From: Octopus bimaculoides
Taxonomy: Eukaryota
Assembly: GCF_001194135.2 (NCBI RefSeq)
Contig: NC_069005.1
Location: forward strand, 33,652,669-33,716,641
DNA length: 63,973 bases
Reading direction: 5' to 3'
The position numbers were made by a program, and so were the translations under genes. Every line of letters starts with the position of its first letter. The stretch's first letter is position 1. This document shows positions 40,435-51,660 of the stretch, piece by piece. The notes beneath the pieces are model-generated. The model was not told the DNA's origin. It did not search any database and worked only from the letters and a program-made list of their open reading frames with translations.

Positions 40435-41278
40435 CGCACACATACACACACGCATGCAGACACACATGCACACACACACATGCATGAGTATATACGTACG
40501 TAGAAACGTTTATGCATACGAACATATATATATATATATTTATTTATATATGTATGTATGTACGTATGTGTGTGTGCGTGCGTGTATGTATGTCCGTAAA
40601 TATACTTGCATGTATATATATATGAATACATGAATATATACGCGTATATATGTCTGTACGTATATATCTATATTTACGCATATATACATACATTAACGAA
40701 CAGGCACATACATACAAATACGCAAAAGAGCGTGTTTTAAATTCGATATTCGGTTCGGCTAAACTATATTTGATATTTAAAACGCTAATAGTGTTTAGAC
40801 CGTCCTCCAGATGGCAGCATGGTATTGCAAATGACAGCATAATTGTATTGTTTTTGTTTTTGCTGTTATTGTTGCTAATGTTGTGTACCCCATGTGAACC
40901 CACAAGTGCAGATTTGTGGGAAAGGCTTTCCAAACATGACCATCGCATCTTAGTTTCGTTAATACTTCAGTCAGATTAAATTCTGGCGTAGATCGATTTA
41001 AAAGAAACGGCCTAATGCTGTTTGAAGGAGGTTAGCCTTCTAACTAATATGAGGTGCGTCTAATAATATAGATTCTATTCAGAAGATCGGGTGGGGGCAC
41101 TTCCGGACCCTCAACAGGCGACTAGGTGGGCCTATCAGCAGCTGCGGACCATCATAGGAGACCTAACAAAGTGTTCACTCCAACAACTTCGGACTGGAGT
41201 GCGCTCTGAATAGCCTCGTCGATGACAGAATACTACGCAGGCAACCATCTTATGTTGGTGCGCTTTCTGCTGCAGGTG

Positions 41279-41339
41279 GAAATAGTGTTCGCCAGATATG
41301 GTATTCCTGACACCATTGGGTCTGATAAGGGAACTCAAT

Positions 41340-41344
<5 letters not shown>
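41279..41344 (+). mobile_element. LTR retrotransposon (Ty3/Gypsy-like) integrase core relic
   Basis: EIVFARYGIPDTIGSDKGTQFI matches the F.RYG.P..I.SDNG.QF motif around the second catalytic Asp. It is only 22 codons and is cut by (TATC)n. Confidence 0.7.
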
Positions 41345-41375
<31 letters not shown>

Positions 41376-41382
41376 GTAAACA

Positions 41383-41535
41383 ACTGGCTTCGTTCAGTTT
41401 CCGTCCACCAAATCCACTCAGAAGGCTTTGTTCGGCCCAAGGCTATCGTAGAAGATACTTGCCCTAAGTTCTACGCAGTGGGACTGAACCAGAAACCTTG
41501 TGGTTGGGAAGCAAACTTTTTACCGCACAACCATG
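41383..41535 (-). mobile_element. SINE family B
   Basis: Reverse complement: GGTTGTGCGGTAAAAAGTTTGCTTCCCAACCACAAGGTTTCTGGTTCAGTCCCACTGCGTAG...GGGCAAGTATCTTCTACGATAGCCTTGGGCCGAAC...GGATTTGGTGGACGGAAACTGAACGAAGCC. Confidence 0.88.
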
Positions 41536-41746
41536 GTATATGCGTATATACATGTGTGTATATTTATATGTATGTACATATATCTATATATACATACGTA
41601 TACATACACAGATATATATATATATGCATACATGTATATGTATAAATATAAATATATATATGTATATGTATACATATATGCATGTGTGTATGCGTGTATA
41701 TATACATATATATATATACATATATATATATGCATATATATATAAA

Positions 41747-41785
<39 letters not shown>

Positions 41786-41804
41786 CTATATATCTATATA
41801 TTTA

Positions 41805-41921
<117 letters not shown>

Positions 41922-42077
41922 ATATANNNNNNNNNNNNNNNNNNNNNNNNNNNNNNNNNNNNNNNNNNNNNNNNNNNNNNNNNNNNNNNNNNNNNNNNNN
42001 NNNNNNNNNNNNNNNNNNNNNNNNNNNNNNNNNNNNNNNNNNNNNNNNNNNNNNNNNNNNNNNNNNNNNNNNNTGGT

Positions 42078-42179
42078 GGTGGTGTAGTGCTGCTGGTGGT
42101 GTAGTGCTGGTGGTGGTGTAGTGTTGTTGGTGGTGTAGTGCTGGTGGTGGTGTAGTGCTGCTGGTGGTGTAGTGCTGGT
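42078..42179. repeat. 17-bp minisatellite (GGTGGTGTAGTGCTGST), six copies, running into a gap
   Basis: Units start at 42078, 42095, 42112, 42129, 42146 and 42163. Confidence 0.9.
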
Positions 42180-43053
42180 GGTAGTTGTAATGGCATTGGT
42201 CGAAGTGCTCGTGGGTCGTTGATATCATTGTCTCTGTAACAGACTTGGCTTGTGACAATGTCTGCTGTAGTCTTAGTCTCGATCGTTATCGTATTTCCAA
42301 GTTGTCTAGACCGCCATCTTAGTTACATAACATCACTATACATTAGCCCCAAATAGTAAAAACAAGCTATAAGTTTGAGTAAAAAGTAAGCAACGTTTTA
42401 AGACATGAAATTTTTCACCTATGTATCTATCTATCTATCTATCTATTTGCCTGTCTGCTTGTCTGTCTGTCTTTCTGTCTGTGCCTTGGTAGATGGATAG
42501 ATAGACAGATCTATTACATTTTCTCTTGTATGCATACATACACACATATACACATACACATGTACATAACACATGAATATATTTATCAATTTATATGTCC
42601 ACACATCCACACATCCTCACCAGCACGCGCGCACACACACGTACATACACACACACATGCATACATATTTCTGGGTATTGCGTAAGAATGGTTACAGTCG
42701 AGTGGCTGAAGTCATTAAGACTGACTATGAGTTTTATATGAACGTAAATATATATGAGTGTGTGTATATGTGTGTGTGTTTCTTCCCCCAATATCCACAA
42801 CACATTTAATATATACGGCTTAACCATTTTATTTCTTGGAACCAATCATCTCAATGTAACATAAAATTAAATTTATCGCAGAAAATGGTTTCAAGAACAT
42901 AAAATAACCGCGGAAGAAACACGTCTTAAGTCTCCTTGTCAGTTAATTGAAAAGGTACTTGAAGTTGTTTTTACACGAATTTAAGGAGCTTGTGGGAGTT
43001 TTAATCCGAGAAACCGTGCTGCAGTTTCAGTGATTATTGCCAATAAAATGTCT

Positions 43054-43283
43054 GCAAAGCGTTTGGACAAAACGACCTCTGGTGAGTGTTTGGATAAAAT
43101 CCCTTCCGGTTATCAACATTTCGTCAGTCGTTACTTTCCGAGTTCAAAATCGGCCGACGTCGACTTTGTCTTTTATCCTTTTCGGGGTTGATAAATTAAG
43201 TACCGGTTGCGTACTGAGGTCGATCTAATTGACTGGCCCTTTCCCGCCAAATTTCAGGCCTTGTGCCTATAGTAGAAAGGATT
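43054..43283 (+). mobile_element. SINE family A
   Basis: GAGTTCAAAATCGGCCGACGTCGACTTTGTCTTTTATCCTTTTCGGGGTTGATAAATTAAGTACCGGTTGCGTACTGAGGTCGATCTAATTGACTGG...CAGGCCTTGTGCCTATAGTAGAAAGGATT. Confidence 0.85.
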
Positions 43284-44274
43284 CCACTCGTCGCTTGTTT
43301 TGTATTGTCCCTATAAGTTTTTGTGTTCGGCACTTGTGGTCAACAAAGAAAGGATTATTATTATTATTATTATTATTATTNNNNNNNNNNNNNNNNNNNN
43401 NNNNNNNNNNNNNNNNNNNNNNNNNNNNNNNNNNNNNNNNNNNNNNNNNNNNNNNNNNNNNNNNNNNNNNNNNNNNNNNNNNNNNNNNNNNNNNNNNNNN
43501 NNNNNNNNNNNNNNNNNNNNNNNNNNNNNNNNNNNNNNNNNNNNNNNNNNNNNNNNNNNNNNNNNNNNNNNNNNNNNNNNNNNNNNNNNNNNNNNNNNNN
43601 NNNNNNNNNNNNNNNNNNNNNNNNNNNNNNNNNNNNNNNNNNNNNNNNNNNNNNNNNNNNNNNNNNNNNNNNNNNNNNNNNNNNNNNNNNNNNNNNNNNN
43701 NNNNNNNNNNNNNNNNNNNNNNNNNNNNNNNNNNNNNNNNNNNNNNNNNNNNNNNNNNNNNNNNNNNNNNNNNNNNNNNNNNNNNNNNNNNNNNNNNNNN
43801 NNNNNNNNNNNNNNNNNNNNNNNNNNNNNNNNNNNNNNNNNNNNNNNNNNNNNNNNNNNNNNNNNNNNNNNNNNNNNNNNNNNNNNNNNNNNNNNNNNNN
43901 NNNNNNNNNNNNNNNNNNNNNNNNNNNNNNNNNNNNNNNNNNNNNNNNNNNNNNNNNNNNNNNNNNNNNNNNNNNNNNNNNNNNNNNNNNNNNNNNNNNN
44001 NNNNNNNNNNNNNNNNNNNNNNNNNNNNNNNNNNNNNNNNNNNNNNNNNNNNNNNNNNNNNNNNNNNNNNNNNNNNNNNNNNNNNNNNNNNNNNNNNNNN
44101 NNNNNNNNNNNNNNNNNNNNNNNNNNNNNNNNNNNNNNNNNNNNNNNNNNNNNNNNNNNNNNNNNNNNNNNNNNNNNNNNNNNNNNNNNNNNNNNNNNNN
44201 NNNNNNNNNNNNNNNNNNNNNNNNNNNNNNNNNNNNNNNNNNNNNNNNNNNNNNNNNNNNNNNNNNNNNNNNNN

Positions 44275-44306
<32 letters not shown>

Positions 44307-44735
44307 TGCATGTGTGTATATGTATGTGTGTGTGTGCCTGTGTGTCCTTCTTTCTGTGTATCTGTATTTGTGTGCATTTATGAAACTAATGTATACCATA
44401 CTTTTATTTCTTATCATACGTATATAAATCTTTAACCGTGTATGTGCAATCGAAACACGGTCATGTTGAATATTCTGTTAAACTGAAATTTGTACAAGCT
44501 TGCGTGCATGCATACATAGATACATACACACATACATACATACATACATACATACATACTATACATACCGTACATACCATACATACATACATATATATAT
44601 ATATATACATACAAGAATATATATATGCATATATATACATGTATACACACACATCGACATGAACCTCGTACGATGGACTTGTGTGTGATAAATCTTTCTT
44701 CTCACTTCACTTCAATTGTTCACACACGCATACAC

Positions 44736-44770
<35 letters not shown>

Positions 44771-46218
44771 TATATANNNNNNNNNNNNNNNNNNNNNNNN
44801 NNNNNNNNNNNNNNNNNNNNNNNNNNNNNNNNNNNNNNNNNNNNNNNNNNNNNNNNNNNNNNNNNNNNNNNNNNNNNNNNNNNNNNNNNNNNNNNNNNNN
44901 NNNNNNNNNNNNNNNNNNNNNNNNNNNNNNNNNNNNNNNNNNNNNNNNNNNNNNNNNNNNNNNNNNNNNNNNNNNNNNNNNNNNATATGCATGCGTACAT
45001 ATGTAGATGTTTTTTGCGTGTTGGTTTTAAGAGTCAGCGTTCGAGAACCGTTCCTTTCGGACCAGGGCTGATCGGAAAGGAGGTGACTGTATTTTCAATC
45101 CTCACCCTATTAACATAAGGTGCTGTTAGAAAAAGTAAAAGTGTTGAATAGAACTTCTTTGATGAAAGGAGAAAAGAAAAACAAAAATACCCTCCAAAAA
45201 CAAGGAGTGAACTTGGCTATGGAGGTACGAAACTTAACGCAGGCTGAGAACATGTTACTGGGGGATCAACAATGCTAGGGAGAGGGAACAAATGGAGAAG
45301 CCCTTATGTAATTGGCCGGTTTAGCAGGGATATAACCCAACTTTCCTTCGAAACCAGCCATCTTCTGTTCTATAACATCATATAATTCTCCATGTGAGAT
45401 GATCAAAGCTGGGAAAGTTCTTGTTCATAAGTCTGTTTCCCCAGGGCTAAACAAGAACAACAGCAGCGACAAGAACAACAACAACAAACAAGGAAATGGC
45501 AATGAAACAATAACGTTTACCATTTCTCTGCTCTTCTGCCAGATTTCAATAAGTCTTGATCACCAATTGATGGATAAGTTCGATTAAGAAAAAAACAAAC
45601 AAAAAAAATAACCCAGAAAATAATCATAAAAACGGTTTTGGTGGTGTGTGTATGTGTATGTAAGTGATAGAGTGTGCATGAATTTATGTGTGCGCGGTTG
45701 TGTGTGTGTGTGTGTGTGTGTGCCTGTGCGTGTTGAATGGCAATTATTTTATAAGAGGAATCGGCTCTAAGAGAAAACAATGTTCGATTTATGCATATAT
45801 GTGTGTGTGTGAGTGTGTTTGTGTATGTGTGCGTGTTTGTGTGTGCATGTGTGCATCTACATGTATGTATATGCACATAGAATATAGACACACCGTTGGA
45901 TACAGAAATGCACAGAATATATACATGTGTGTACGTAAATATGTGTGTGTGTCTGTGTGTGTGTGTGTATATCCCTCTCTCGTTATCATTCTCTCGTTCT
46001 CTCTCTCTGTCTATATGTATATACATATATATATATATACATATATGTATATATAGATGCATACTTACCAACACGCACACACATCTAATTTCCGGAATTT
46101 TCTAATTTCCGGCTATTGTCAGTTCCCAAGGGGGTGAATTTGCGAGGTGCGAACTGTCTATATCTACTCGTGTGTGTTTATTTACATACTTACGTACGTA
46201 CGTACGTACGCATATATG

Positions 46219-46294
<76 letters not shown>

Positions 46295-48575
46295 GCAATC
46301 ACTGCACTAAAACCCGGTATTTTAAGCAGTAGACGTCGGTGGTGGATGCGGGTCGGGAGGGAGACAATGAAAATATAGAAAACCGGAGTCAGTTGAGTAT
46401 GAAAGACGAGAGTTATCTGTCATGGCGGATATCGGAAATACACGCACCGAAACAAACACACACACACGCACACATTTATATACGGGTATATGTATGTATG
46501 TATGTATGTATATATACACCTAGGTATTCTGGAAAATCTATGGGAGAGCTATGAGAGATGACTGATGTAGACGTGTTGTTCTGACTCTTAAATACACGCA
46601 TATACCTACATGTGTATAGTCTCTCTCTCATCTCTGTCTCTGTCTCTGTCTGTCTGTCTGTCTGTCTCTCACACACACACACACACGAACTGAGTCATGT
46701 AGTAACATTGTAATACCAAATATCAGCGTTAAATGAATCAAGAAACAGATAATTGGAACCAGGATATACATGTGTGTGCATGTATGTGTGTGTGAGGGAC
46801 TTTGTGTGTGTGCTTGTGTGTGTGTGTGCGCGTGAAATAAAGAGATATAGAGAAAAGGACGGAAAGAGAGTGTAAGGCCATATTGGGCAATTACAACCGT
46901 ACATTTACATGTACGGCAACAACAATAACAACAACAACAGCAGCAGCAAGTAAGATCACACTATTAAGGAGAATATTAGAAGTAGCAGGAGCAGCAGGAG
47001 CAGCAACGACAAGCACAACACTAATGACAACAAATAGAATAATAATGGCGACGTTAATATTATTAAGAGATAAAGAAGAGCAATTAGTAGAGCAGGAAGG
47101 AATTCTTACGTAAAGGGAGGGGCAGTAGCGGCAGTAGTAGCACCACTACATCCACCACTACCTCCACCACTACCTCCACCACNNNNNNNNNNNNNNNNNN
47201 NNNNNNNNNNNNNNNNNNNNNNNNNNNNNNNNNNNNNNNNNNNNNNNNNNNNNNNNNNNNNNNNNNNNNNNNNNNNNNNNNNNNNNNNNNNNNNNNNNNN
47301 NNNNNNNNNNNNNNNNNNNNNNNNNNNNNNNNNNNNNNNNNNNNNNNNNNNNNNNNNNNNNNNNNNNNNNNNNNNNNNNNNNNNNNNNNNNNNNNNNNNN
47401 NNNNNNNNNNNNNNNNNNNNNNNNNNNNNNNNNNNNNNNNNNNNNNNNNNNNNNNNNNNNNNNNNNNNNNNNNNNNNNNNNNNNNNNNNNNNNNNNNNNN
47501 NNNNNNNNNNNNNNNNNNNNNNNNNNNNNNNNNNNNNNNNNNNNNNNNNNNNNNNNNNNNNNNNNNNNNNNNNNNNNNNNNNNNNNNNNNNNNNNNNNNN
47601 NNNNNNNNNNNNNNNNNNNNNNNNNNNNNNNNNNNNNNNNNNNNNNNNNNNNNNNNNNNNNNNNNNNNNNNNNNNNNNNNNNNNNNNNNNNNNNNNNNNN
47701 NNNNNNNNNNNNNNNNNNNNNNNNNNNNNNNNNNNNNNNNNNNNNNNNNNNNNNNNNNNNNNNNNNNNNNNNNNNNNNNNNNNNNNNNNNNNNNNNNNNN
47801 NNNNNNNNNNNNNNNNNNNNNNNNNNNNNNNNNNNNNNNNNNNNNNNNNNNNNNNNNNNNNNNNNNNNNNNNNNNNNNNNNNNNNNNNNNNTATATATAT
47901 ATATATCGGCATGTATAAAATTATATATACATGGGGACATCGTATATACAATTTGTAAGCGGAATGATAAATTCTTCACTGATGCCGTCCAAATTTTAGA
48001 ACGAATTCACATATTGATAATCAGAATTATGATAAAACGCCACAATGATACAGAGGGCCCATACAAACACTCATACATACACATATGCACCCAGTCACCA
48101 TCATCATCATTATCAGCAGCAGCAGTAGCAGCTTCAGCGGCAGCGGTTGGAGCATCAGTCACAGCAGTACATCGCCGCCGCTGCCGCCGCAAATGGATAT
48201 TGTAAGAAGAGAGGCTACGAAGTGATGGACGGACGCCAAGTGTTGCTTTGAGGAAGGTTCGGTTCGATCCCTTGATTTCTCTGCCACTCCGTGATTAGCT
48301 GAAGTGTCTGAGGAATCATGAGAGCGAACCAATCACAAGTCTTCAGCAGTCACACACGCACGCACCCACGCACCTCCCTCGCCACCGACGCCACCACCAC
48401 CACCACTACCACCACCACCACTACTACACAGGAAGATTAGTAAGAAGATGGTCGGGAGGAGGGAACGACGAACGACGGTGGTGGTGGAGTTGAAAACTAA
48501 AACATGTGGTCATCGACGTTGTCTTCCGTTGTCATCATCATCACCATCATCATCATCACCACCATCATCATCATC

Positions 48576-48607
<32 letters not shown>

Positions 48608-48880
48608 CATCATCATCATAATGATCGTCACTAACAGCCACTCCATGATATTTGTTGCAACATCATCACCACCACCATTAAGATTAGCACCGTAGCCACA
48701 ATCGCCTCCACCACTTATATCACCAATACCAACCACAGCCACCACCATCACTGCCACAATCATCTCCCACCTCCACCACTACCAATACCGATTGACTATG
48801 ATTTATTCACTTTCCAAAATATGTCTTTAGTCTTTGTGACTTTTTTCGTGTTGTTACAACTTGGTGACAGTTTGTTGATG

Positions 48881-49160
48881 TCATAAACATGTGACATCTC
48901 TTTCAAGCCGTAACTCTGAGTTTTTTTTTTTGTTTTTTTTTTAGTTATCATAAATTTGTGACATTTTGTTAGACTAATATATTTGTGAGTTCTTGAAATC
49001 ATAAACTTGTTACTTTTTGTTGGTATCATAAATTTGTGACATATCTCTCAAGTCGTAAATCTGAGACGTTTTTCTTATGTATCATAAATTTGTGACATTT
49101 TGTAAGTTTTTGAAATCATAAACTTGTTACTTTTTGTTGGCGTCATACATTTGTGACATT
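48881..49160. repeat. Complex tandem array of TCATAAATTTGTGAC-like cores in 117-145 bp super-units
   Basis: Cores start at 48881, 48948, 48999, 49026, 49082, 49116 and 49143. Confidence 0.85.
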
Positions 49161-49349
49161 TCTGAAATGGTAAATATATATATTTTTTTCTCGAAGCATT
49201 ATAAGCAGAAATGACAATCCAAATTAAATTAATATTGATATTTAGTTACATATGTCTGCGAGGTTGCTTACTTAAACGTATTAGAGTGTTATCCGTCAAA
49301 AGACGGATAACTTTTGGGAAGAATACTTTTGTTACAAATGGTAATATCA

Positions 49350-49525
49350 AGAAATATGGCATAATTTACATTACTTACATTATTTACATTGGACGGATAT
49401 GTGTCCTCATCTTGTTTGTTGTTACCACAACGTTTCGGCAGATTTACTATCCGGCCGTCATCAGGTGTCCTGCAAGAATTTTGAACCCAGTCCTGGGTTC
49501 TCATTCCAAAGGTATTTTTTGCTGA
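49350..49525 (-). mobile_element. Short non-coding (AAT)n-headed element carrying a hammerhead
   Basis: Minus strand: (AAT)n, then ATCAGCAAAAAATACCTTTGGAATGAGAACCCAGG, the hammerhead, AACAACAAACAAGATGAGGACAC and an AATGTAAATAATGTAAGTAATGT tail. No recognisable ORF. Confidence 0.65.
49424..49469 (-). ncRNA. Minimal type I hammerhead ribozyme with complete catalytic core
   Basis: GACAC-CUGAUGA(49464-49458)-C-GGC(C)GGAU-AGUAA-AUCUGCC-GAAA(49436-49433)-CG-UU, predicted cut between 49429 and 49428, then GUG. Helix III is the palindrome AACGUU and helix I is CAC/GUG. Confidence 0.8.
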
Positions 49526-49543
49526 TATTATTATTATTATTAC

Positions 49544-49633
<90 letters not shown>

Positions 49634-50406
49634 TTTCTTGAATAAATAATAAAAATTGTTATTATTTATTCCTTAAATAAATAATAATGACGTCTGACTC
49701 GTCAATGGTATTTCTCTTCATGGCGTACATTGATAGACCAGATCTTCTCTATATTCAACGATAATATATATTGCGTGAAATATCTTTTCATATATTTCTC
49801 CATTCTGTTGTGTATGTATCAATTTGTGTTTGTGTGTATGTCTTTTGTGTGTTGTGTGTGTTTAGGTGTGTGTGCGTTTGTGTGCAAGTGTTTGTGTGTG
49901 AATTAGTATGTGTCTGGAGAATATATCATACGAAACTAGTTCGGTGAAAGATAATTAATTATAAAGTTACTTTCCAACGGAAGCAGTCTCCACGCGATGA
50001 AATACTGTATTTTTCCTGTGAAGTTAAGTGTTATTTCAATTAGAATTTAATTTATGCATTATTAAAGCAGGTGTTGTGTTTTGTCATTAAACAGGCGTCA
50101 CGTGTTGTTAATAAGGCAATAGTTATGTGCCCCTAGACAGGAGTTAGATGCTGGTATTATGGCAGAACATATGTGTTGTTAAGGCAGGATGCAGGTGTTG
50201 TTATTGTGATAAAAATCACGTGATGCTAAGCCAGGAAATTTTCGTTGTTGTGGAGGCGTTCTCATAGGAAAAAAACCAGGGAGGCGGAATGAGGGAGGGA
50301 CCCATACTACATGGGTTGCGTCAGTAATCCAAACAACCATCACGTACGAATCTTGGCCTCCAATGTGAAGTGGACAACGGCGAAAACGACAAACAAGGGA
50401 GTTTGC

Positions 50407-50944
50407 CATGAGGTTATCAGAAAGTATCGGGACAGTTGCTATAGTAACGAAGCTAAAGTACTCAGAGTAAAGCCGTTTGTCACAGATTGACCTTGAATTC
50501 TGTGGAGCATGAACAGTCAGTAAGACCGTTCTTACATCCGTTGTTTACAAGCAATGTTTGGAAGTAAAGTGTGTAGCGTGTAGTCGTCTCAGAAATATGA
50601 TGAGCGCGTTTCAGCTGTGCTGGGTCTCGTTGATTGTGTCGTGGAAAACGAAAATCTTTTAAAACCCGTTTTAAAAAGTGCCGAATTCTGAGTCTATGGT
50701 TATGACCCCAAAACCAAGGCTCAGATTTCAAGATGCCGAGGAAATCCAAGAGAATACCGTGAAGTAGCTGCTCAGTATCCCAAGAAAGAAGCTTCAGGAT
50801 GCTTCCATCAATTGAAACGACGATGAATAAAGCGTGAGGCTTCAGAAGGGAGCAGCTTCGAAGGAGATAAAATGGCGAATTCACATGTGTTATAGTTTCT
50901 CTTTTTATTGCACCAATTGCGATAGTTTTTGATCAGACCTCATG
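50407..50944 (+). mobile_element. Internally deleted mariner DNA transposon
   Basis: TIRs are CATGAGGTTATCAGAAAGTATCG at 50407 and the reverse complement CATGAGGTCTGATCAAAAACTATCG ending at 50944, followed by TA. Translates ENENLLKPVLKSAEF*VYGYDPKTKAQ fused to FQDAEEIQENT...IPRKKLQDAFHQLKRR*...SEGSSFEGDK (mariner WVYGYDPETK and C-terminal EGDYFEGD motifs). Confidence 0.9.
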
Positions 50945-51268
50945 TATATATATACTTGTTCATTGTCTAGCACTGATTAATAAGATCAAGAAGGATCTTG
51001 AATCGATATCTAATCCTCATATATGAATAGATGACGTCTGCTGCCTTTGGAATTGTGATTGCTTGACGATCGCCATGTTGGTCGTCTGTTAAAGTTGAGA
51101 ATGATCGACTCCTGTTGGCGATTCTGTAGATTAACTGTCCGGAGCCGGTTCAAGTCATCCCGAATGAATGCCGACGTAGGTTCAAGTGAGTGCAGTTCTT
51201 ATATTCAGGGCCAACGAAAAGGAAGAACGAATTTAGAAGAGATTTATACACACACAGTCCTTGGTCAG

Positions 51269-51313
<45 letters not shown>

Positions 51314-51609
51314 ACAAACACACACACAAAACACACACACGCACACACGCACTCACAAACATATACATACATATACATACATACATAAATACACACACAC
51401 ACANNNNNNNNNNNNNNNNNNNNNNNNNNNNNNNNNNNNNNNNNNNNNNNNNNNNNNNNNNNNNNNNNNNNNNNNNNNNNNNNNNNNNNNNNNNNNNNNN
51501 NNNNNNNNNNNNNNNNNNNNNNNNNNNNNNNNNNNNNNNNNNNNNNNNNNNNNNNNNNNNNNNNNNNNNNNNNNNNNNNNNNNNNNNNNNNNNNNNNNNN
51601 NNNNNNNNN

Positions 51610-51660
<51 letters not shown>

